From contig CAVYXA010000004.1 in the NCBI GenBank assembly GCA_963772365.1, positions 64,001 to 128,000 of the forward strand: a DNA stretch of 64,000 nucleotides, given 5' to 3'. The stretch comes from an uncultured Verrucomicrobiae bacterium. Lineage in GTDB: Bacteria > Verrucomicrobiota > Verrucomicrobiia > Chthoniobacterales > UBA10450. Position numbers and translations under genes: made by a program. The stretch's first letter is position 1, and every line of letters begins with the position of its first letter. Below, piece by piece: positions 58,603 to 64,000 of the stretch. The notes under the pieces are model-generated. The model searched no databases. It had not been told where the DNA came from and worked only from the letters and a program-made list of their open reading frames with translations.

Positions 58603-59780
58603 CAGGATTCGCGGTAGTTTGTGCAGACTTGGCGGTAAATGCAAAAGAGTTCGTCAAACACGCGTGGCCAACTGTAAAGATCCTTTGCCGCTTGCGCCAC
58701 ATTCGTCACGACCATAGATCGCTTGTTTGTGCTTGATTCTTCGATTGCATTCGCCAGCGCTTCCGGCGTGTTTTCAGTGGCCCAAGATTCCTGCCCATGA
58801 AGAATGATGCGGTCCATGTAACTGCCGCGAATTCCGACCACCGGCGTGCCGCAGGCCTGACTCTCCAATGCCACTAAACCGAACGTTTCCTGAACCCCGG
58901 GATGAACAAACAAATCCGCCGCCCGATAATGCCGCGCCAGGTCAGCTGAGTCCGTGCAATAACGAATCCATGTGACCGCACCGTCTGTTTCGTATTGTAG
59001 CTTTTCCAGTCCGTCGCGTTGCGGACCATCGCCGATCACAACAAGATGGAAATCGCCGGGGCGACGACGTTCCAGAAGTTGAAACGCTTCGAAGAGGAGT
59101 TGGATATTTTTTTCTTTTGCCAGTCGTCCTACATACAGGAGCATCTTTTGATCGCTGGCCACGCCGAGAGAGATGCGGGCGGCCTCTTCCCGGCCCCCGT
59201 CCGAGTTAAAGATGTCGATGTTGACTCCCAAGTGCACGACCTGAACGTTCTTGACGCCCCAATCACGCAGAACCTTGGCCAAATTTTCTGAGGGAACCAG
59301 TGTCACTTCAAATTTGTTATAGAGCTTGTCCACATATTGCGCGGCAAAATCCATCACCGCTTCGGTTGCAGTTTGTCCCAGGAACTTCGCGGTGCTCCGC
59401 ACATAGGCTTCCGGAAAATGCGAGTGATAAAACCCGACCACCGGAATCCTGAGGGCGCGGCCGGAAGCGATCGCTTTCCACGCCACTTGGTACGGATCGC
59501 TCGATTCGATCAAGTCCGGTTTCTCGCGTTCCAAAATTTCCCCGACCGCGCGCAGATTCAGCAGCGCTCGATAGCGTGAGGTCCGGGAAAGAAGAGGCGA
59601 ATGAATTGAATAAACCCGCACCCGCGCCTGTGTGGTCAGCTCGGTCTTCTCTCCTGGAATCACGAGCACGTGCTCATCGTCCGGTGAGTACTTGTCGATG
59701 TACGCGATTTTTTCATGCACATAACGTTTCACGCCGCCGCTGAGTGGAGAATAAAATTGGGTGAGATCGCAGATTTTCAA
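58602..59780 (-). CDS. GT4 family glycosyltransferase
   Basis: SGGVKRY, LYVGRLAKEKN, IGDGP, ETFGLVALESQACGTPVV. Confidence 0.92.
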   Translation of the reverse strand: MKICDLTQFYSPLSGGVKRYVHEKIAYIDKYSPDDEHVLVIPGEKTELTTQARVRVYSIHSPLLSRTSRYRALLNLRAVGEILEREKPDLIESSDPYQVAWKAIASGRALRIPVVGFYHSHFPEAYVRSTAKFLGQTATEAVMDFAAQYVDKLYNKFEVTLVPSENLAKVLRDWGVKNVQVVHLGVNIDIFNSDGGREEAARISLGVASDQKMLLYVGRLAKEKNIQLLFEAFQLLERRRPGDFHLVVIGDGPQRDGLEKLQYETDGAVTWIRYCTDSADLARHYRAADLFVHPGVQETFGLVALESQACGTPVVGIRGSYMDRIILHGQESWATENTPEALANAIEESSTNKRSMVVTNVAQAAKDLYSWPRVFDELFCIYRQVCTNYRES

Positions 59781-59804
59781 ATGTGAACGTGTCGCGATCT
59801 TTTC

Positions 59805-59875
59805 TGTAGCGGCGGTCTATGACCGTCGCAAACTCGTGTGTTTCAAGATGGCGACGGTCACAGACCGCCGCTACA
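59805..59875. repeat. GTAG-type palindromic REP-like doublet
   Basis: tgtagcggcggtctatgaccgtcgc / gcgacggtcacagaccgccgctaca (24/25 complementary). Confidence 0.9.
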
Positions 59876-59899
59876 AGGGGAGATCGGATTTGCTGTTAA

Positions 59900-60826
59900 T
59901 TACCGGGACTCCAATTCACTCAAATACTTCTCCGCTTCCATCGCTGCAGCGCAGCCTGAGCCCGCTGCCGTAACCGCTTGTTTGTAAACGCGATCGGCCA
60001 CATCCCCCGCGATAAATACACCCGGATGTTTGCTCTCGGCGAGGTGTCTCGCGATCAGGTAACCATCCGGATCGGTCTCAAGCTTGCCTCGATACGCTTG
60101 GGTGTTCGGGTCGTGACCGATCGCCACAAATACACAGGCCACTTCTAATTCACGTTCCTCGTTCGTCTTAATGTTGCGGAGACGCACCGCGCGCATTTCT
60201 CCTTTTTGATCCGGAATGTAGTCCGTCACGATCGTATCCCAGATCGGCTCGATCTTTTGATTCGCAAACACGCGTTCCTGCATGATTTTCGATGCCCGCA
60301 TTTGGTCGCGGCGATGGATCAAATAAACCTTTGAAGCGAACCGGGTGAGGAAAAGCGATTCTTCCGCTGCGGAATCGCCGCCGCCGATTACGCAGACTGG
60401 CACATTTTTGTAAAAGGCGCCGTCACACGTTGCGCAGCTCGTTAGTCCATGGCCAATTAGTTTCTCTTCGTTGTCGAGTCCAAGCCATCGGGCTGAGGCG
60501 CCACTGGCAATGATGAGCGCCGGCGTCTCGAGCCATTCGTCATCCACCTTGATCCGAATGTGTTTTTTGCTCGAATCGAAATCCGTGACTTCAGCATACG
60601 AAAAGCGGGCACCGAAATTCTCCGCCTGCTTATGCATGTTCATGATCAACTGCGGTCCATCGATGCCTTCGGGAAATCCGGGAAAATTCTCCACCAGCGT
60701 AGTCGTCGAAAGCTGTCCGCCCGGTTGCCGTCCTTCCAGCACGAGTGGATTCAGGTTGGCGCGCGCCGCATAGATCGCGGCGGTCAATCCGGCGCAACCG
60801 CTCCCCACGATAATCACTTTCTCCAT
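59900..60826 (-). CDS. trxB: Thioredoxin-disulfide reductase
   Basis: GSGCAGLTAA, VENFPGF, CATCDG, GGGDSAAEE, AGDVAD, QAVTAAGSG. Confidence 0.96.
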   Translation of the reverse strand: MEKVIIVGSGCAGLTAAIYAARANLNPLVLEGRQPGGQLSTTTLVENFPGFPEGIDGPQLIMNMHKQAENFGARFSYAEVTDFDSSKKHIRIKVDDEWLETPALIIASGASARWLGLDNEEKLIGHGLTSCATCDGAFYKNVPVCVIGGGDSAAEESLFLTRFASKVYLIHRRDQMRASKIMQERVFANQKIEPIWDTIVTDYIPDQKGEMRAVRLRNIKTNEERELEVACVFVAIGHDPNTQAYRGKLETDPDGYLIARHLAESKHPGVFIAGDVADRVYKQAVTAAGSGCAAAMEAEKYLSELESR

Positions 60827-60873
60827 GAATAAATCTAGCATGCCGCGCAAGCGGGCCAATATCGATAGAAGAC

Positions 60874-60939
60874 TCACCCTCACCTCAATCCTCTCCCTTC
60901 CAGGGAGAGGCGGACGCCACCAGCCGCCGGTGAGGGTGA
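60874..60939. repeat. CCCTCACC-type palindromic element
   Basis: Perfect 11-bp inverted repeat tcaccctcacc / ggtgagggtga with inner hairpin cctctccct/agggagagg. Confidence 0.8.
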
Positions 60940-60978
60940 TTCGATTGCGTGTCCAAATTGGCACAAGTACTCTGCGAA

Positions 60979-61773
60979 ATGCCTGAGCTGGCCGAAGTCG
61001 AGTGGTTTCGCAAACAATGGGATCCCGGCCGTGGCGCTGCCATTGTCGATGTTAGTGTACACACCGGCAAATATGTTTTCCGTGGCACCAATACGCGCGC
61101 GATTCAGAAAAATCTGATCGATCAAACACTCCTAAGATCGACAAGGCGCGGGAAACAGATGCTGTTCGAATTTACCGGCAACAACTGGCTCGGCGTCCAT
61201 CTGGGGATGACGGGAAAAACGCATGTCGAGCAGCGAGACTTTTGTCCGGCCAAACACGATCATCTTGTGTTGTATCAACAACAACGCGCGATCGTCTTCA
61301 CCGATCCACGGCAGCTCGGGCATGTTCGGTTTCATCATGGAACCGCTCAGCCCGATTGGTGGAAACGCAGTGCTCCGGAGATCGACTCGCGCGAGTTCGA
61401 TCAAGAATTCCTCGATCAATTTTTAGATCGACATCGCCAGGCGCCGATCAAGGCCGTGCTTCTGATGCAAAACGGCTTTCCGGGTATTGGCAACTGGATG
61501 GCAGACGAAATTCTCTGGCGAGCAAAGATTCTGCCATCAAAGCGAGGTGCGAAACTGACTGCGCGGGAACGGACCGCGATTTTTCGCGCGGCAAAATTCG
61601 TGGTTCGCCGCTCGTTGAAAACGCTCGGCAAAGATTTCTCTGATCCGCCAAGCGGCTGGCTCATTCACGAAAAATGGAAACGCAAGGGAATCTGCCCAAA
61701 ACATCGCACCCTATTACACCACGCCACATTCGGTGGGCGCACAACGGCTTGGTGCCCGAAGTGTCAGAAGTAG
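60979..61773 (+). CDS. Fpg/Nei family DNA glycosylase
   Basis: MPELAEVE, GKQ, HLGMTG, DPRQLG, GIGNWMADE, C-terminal CPKH..RTTAWCPKCQ finger. Confidence 0.93.
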   Translation: MPELAEVEWFRKQWDPGRGAAIVDVSVHTGKYVFRGTNTRAIQKNLIDQTLLRSTRRGKQMLFEFTGNNWLGVHLGMTGKTHVEQRDFCPAKHDHLVLYQQQRAIVFTDPRQLGHVRFHHGTAQPDWWKRSAPEIDSREFDQEFLDQFLDRHRQAPIKAVLLMQNGFPGIGNWMADEILWRAKILPSKRGAKLTARERTAIFRAAKFVVRRSLKTLGKDFSDPPSGWLIHEKWKRKGICPKHRTLLHHATFGGRTTAWCPKCQK

Positions 61774-61800
61774 ACCGGAAGGCACGTTCGACGGTTGGAT

Positions 61801-63357
61801 CTAGGCCATTATGTGAACGACGATCTTGTGAAATCCGGTCACACCTGAGAATGGGCTTCGATCGGGATCCCACTTCTGGACTGTGCCGTTACCGTCAGTG
61901 GCACGCAGAACCAATGTGTAATCGCTCGGTTGTTCCGGCGTCCAATTCACTCTCCAAAGCGACCACGCAAGATTGCCGCCGTTGTAATAAATTTCCGCGT
62001 CACGCCAGGTTTTGCCGTCATCGAAGCTTAGCTCGACGCGCGAGACGCCGCGGTCGCCGCCGTAGGCCATGCCTCTGACTTCGATCTGACTCTGTTTCGC
62101 GAGCGAGAACCATGATTCGTGATACGGGACGTCGATTCTCGATCGTATCGGCACGATGAAATCGGGACCCCAACCTTGTTTCTCGTAAAAGCCTTTTGCG
62201 TCCGAGGTCGTCAGCTCGATCCGCGTAAGCCATTTCACATGTTTTTCTCCAAAGTAGCCGGGAACAATTACTCGCAGCGGATACCCATGTCGGTCCGGCA
62301 AAGGCGCACCGTTCATTTCGAAAGCCAGCAAAGTGGTCGGCAACATCGCTTTTTCGAGAGGAATTGTATCGGTGTAATTATCGACGGCGTGAAAACGCAC
62401 GCGGGCGGCATCCGGCGAAGGCTTGGCCGATTCCAAAAAATCCCGCAACCGGAAACCTTTCCAATGCGCGTTGCTGATCAATCCGGCATCGATGCCATTG
62501 CTGATGCACATGAGAGTGGTTTCCTGTTCGACAGCAGGAATATCTTTTAGGTGATCGAATCGATACGCCATCCGGTTTTGCACCAGGCCGGTAATTTCCA
62601 ACGTCCACAGATCAATTTTCACCCGGGGATCGACCACGTTCTTGGTCACGCAATAAAACTGATCGTTAGGCGTGATCGGCTGAACAGTCGGTCCTTTGTA
62701 TTGCGTGCCGTCGTAACTAAAAGTGGCTGCGCGCCAAAGTTTCCGGCCCAGGGCGATGCTGCCGCCTGCCAGCGCGAGGCCAACCCCGCTTAACACAAAC
62801 GCACGGCGTCCGATGGCAGGACTAAATTCGCTTCTCCGTGTAACCGCGGGCGCCGACCGTGGCTGAACCAAAAATTGAAACCCGAAAACCAGCGCACGCT
62901 CGAACACTAGAACACACAACGCAAAGCCCACGAGTGTGATCCATCGCGCGGCCTCGATCGGCAATCCACGATAATTGGTCCCGAGCACCGGCCAGAGTAC
63001 AATCCCCATGGCGATGATCGGCAGCGCGATGAAGATCGACATTGTCCAGAGCGTCGCCCGCCGCTCGGGTTGGCGTCGCATCAATAATCCAAAAAGCCCG
63101 CCGCCGATGGCGCCGACAATCAGCTGGCCAGCGATTGTCGATCCTACTCCGATCTGTTTGAGGTGATTGTATCCGCCCACTTTTCCCATGAGCGACAGAA
63201 ACGGCCCCGGAGAAATGAAAACCGAAAGCCGATCGCCAATTATGAAGAGCGGCGTCGCAACTCCGAACACTGCCAGCAATAGCATCATCAGCGTCATCGC
63301 GATCGCAGCCACCAGACCAGCGAGCAACCCCGCGAAGCAAGCTTTCGACGCGCTCAT
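61801..63357 (-). CDS. Membrane-bound sulfite-oxidase-family molybdopterin oxidoreductase
   Basis: N-terminal TM segments, internal RRAFV motif, TLMCISN, HGYPLR..PG, VKWL, VELSFDDGKTW. Confidence 0.88.
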   Translation of the reverse strand: MSASKACFAGLLAGLVAAIAMTLMMLLLAVFGVATPLFIIGDRLSVFISPGPFLSLMGKVGGYNHLKQIGVGSTIAGQLIVGAIGGGLFGLLMRRQPERRATLWTMSIFIALPIIAMGIVLWPVLGTNYRGLPIEAARWITLVGFALCVLVFERALVFGFQFLVQPRSAPAVTRRSEFSPAIGRRAFVLSGVGLALAGGSIALGRKLWRAATFSYDGTQYKGPTVQPITPNDQFYCVTKNVVDPRVKIDLWTLEITGLVQNRMAYRFDHLKDIPAVEQETTLMCISNGIDAGLISNAHWKGFRLRDFLESAKPSPDAARVRFHAVDNYTDTIPLEKAMLPTTLLAFEMNGAPLPDRHGYPLRVIVPGYFGEKHVKWLTRIELTTSDAKGFYEKQGWGPDFIVPIRSRIDVPYHESWFSLAKQSQIEVRGMAYGGDRGVSRVELSFDDGKTWRDAEIYYNGGNLAWSLWRVNWTPEQPSDYTLVLRATDGNGTVQKWDPDRSPFSGVTGFHKIVVHIMA

Positions 63358-63491
63358 TGATTGTCGATATTACAAGTGCGCGCGCGGAATGGAATAGAGA
63401 GTTTCTCGCCACGAAATAATGAAGGACGAGATCCGAAACTCGAATCAACGACAAATCAGAATGACGGCACCGTGTTGCTTTTTCGCGTCAG

Positions 63492-63579
63492 CTTTGGAGT
63501 GCGCACGCGTCCTCGCGTCGCTTTGAACGCGCCAATCACCTCCAGAAAAGCGATGCGAAGACGCCTCGCACTCCGAAAG
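63492..63579. repeat. GGAG-type palindromic element
   Basis: ctttggagtgcg..cgtcgcttt / aaagcgatg..cgcactccgaaag. Confidence 0.75.
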
Positions 63580-63650
63580 GACTTCGTCCGAAATGGTCGA
63601 AGCCGTCCGCGCGGGAAGACCACCAGATAGAAGAGGCATGCCGATCTTGA

Positions 63651-63742
63651 GCACAGATTAACACGGATCGAAAGCAGAGTCTCGGCTCACTTTGATTTCG
63701 AAAATCCGTGTTCATCGGTGTTCATCCGTGTCCATCCGTGGC
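63651..63742. repeat. ACACGGAT/ATCCGTGT short-unit repeat overlapping the glycosyltransferase 3' end
   Basis: aacacggat opposite atccgtgttc-atcggtgttc-atccgtgtcc-atccgtgg (10-nt period); encodes the terminal PRMDTDEHR. Confidence 0.7.
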
Positions 63743-64000
63743 TTCGTTTTCAAGGCAAGTCGAATCAGCGTCGCTATGATGCGCGTGCCGGCGACGAGCG
63801 TGCCGCGCAATGTGCCGGAAACCTTCGATTGCCCTCCAGTCCGCCGCCGGTGATTGACCGGAATTTCCAAAATGCGCAAACCAGCACGCGCAGCCTTCAT
63901 CTGCATCTCCAAATTCCAACCGTAGGTTTGCTCGCGCATCCCAAGTTTCTCCAGCGCATCCCGTCGAATCGCTCGAAAAGGACACATGTCAGTGTAACGG
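63712..64000 (-). CDS. GT2 glycosyltransferase, C-terminal part (truncated by the window edge)
   Basis: YTDMCPFRAIRR, TYGWNLEMQ, EIPV..RRRTGGQSKVSG. Confidence 0.85.
   Translation of the reverse strand, partial: RYTDMCPFRAIRRDALEKLGMREQTYGWNLEMQMKAARAGLRILEIPVNHRRRTGGQSKVSGTLRGTLVAGTRIIATLIRLALKTKPRMDTDEHR

Noticed and set aside
63651..63742. Short periodic repeats as a CRISPR array
   Set aside because: The units are 10 nt with no spacers, and there are no cas genes.

Overview
A 64-kb bacterial chromosomal window, most likely from a soil Verrucomicrobium (Chthoniobacterales-like). That is an inference from the dockerin-tailed secreted proteins, the exosortase/PEP-CTERM locus and the gene style. 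From left to right it holds: a secreted beta-propeller protein with a dockerin-like tail; a PemK/MazF toxin-antitoxin pair; a pqqABCDE operon (pqqA and the 5' part of pqqB are absent from the ORF track); topoisomerase IB; a polyphosphate/Pho cluster (CYTH, CHAD, sixA, ROK glucokinase, ppk1, phoU, pstBACS with a Pho box); lipB and ruvC; a frameshift-riddled thiolase/acyl-CoA dehydrogenase region; an orphan SucC-like gene; a PAS kinase; two ClC transporters; several hydrolases; a three-gene Rhs polymorphic toxin locus; moaD; gatCA; an exosortase locus; trxB; an Fpg/Nei glycosylase; and a molybdopterin oxidoreductase. Two observations stand out. (1) In the Rhs locus, a signal-peptide/TPR/C39-peptidase Rhs protein carries an Ig-like insert that appears to lack its first strand, while the upstream LamG-like protein ends in such a strand. 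This suggests a modular adhesin-toxin docking system (hypothesis). (2) Four GTAG-type palindromic REP-like elements are inserted in frame inside pqqE (twice), pqqC and pqqB, with relatives in intergenic DNA. No tRNA, rRNA, CRISPR array, integrase or transposase was recognised. Family assignments come from motif recognition, not database searches.
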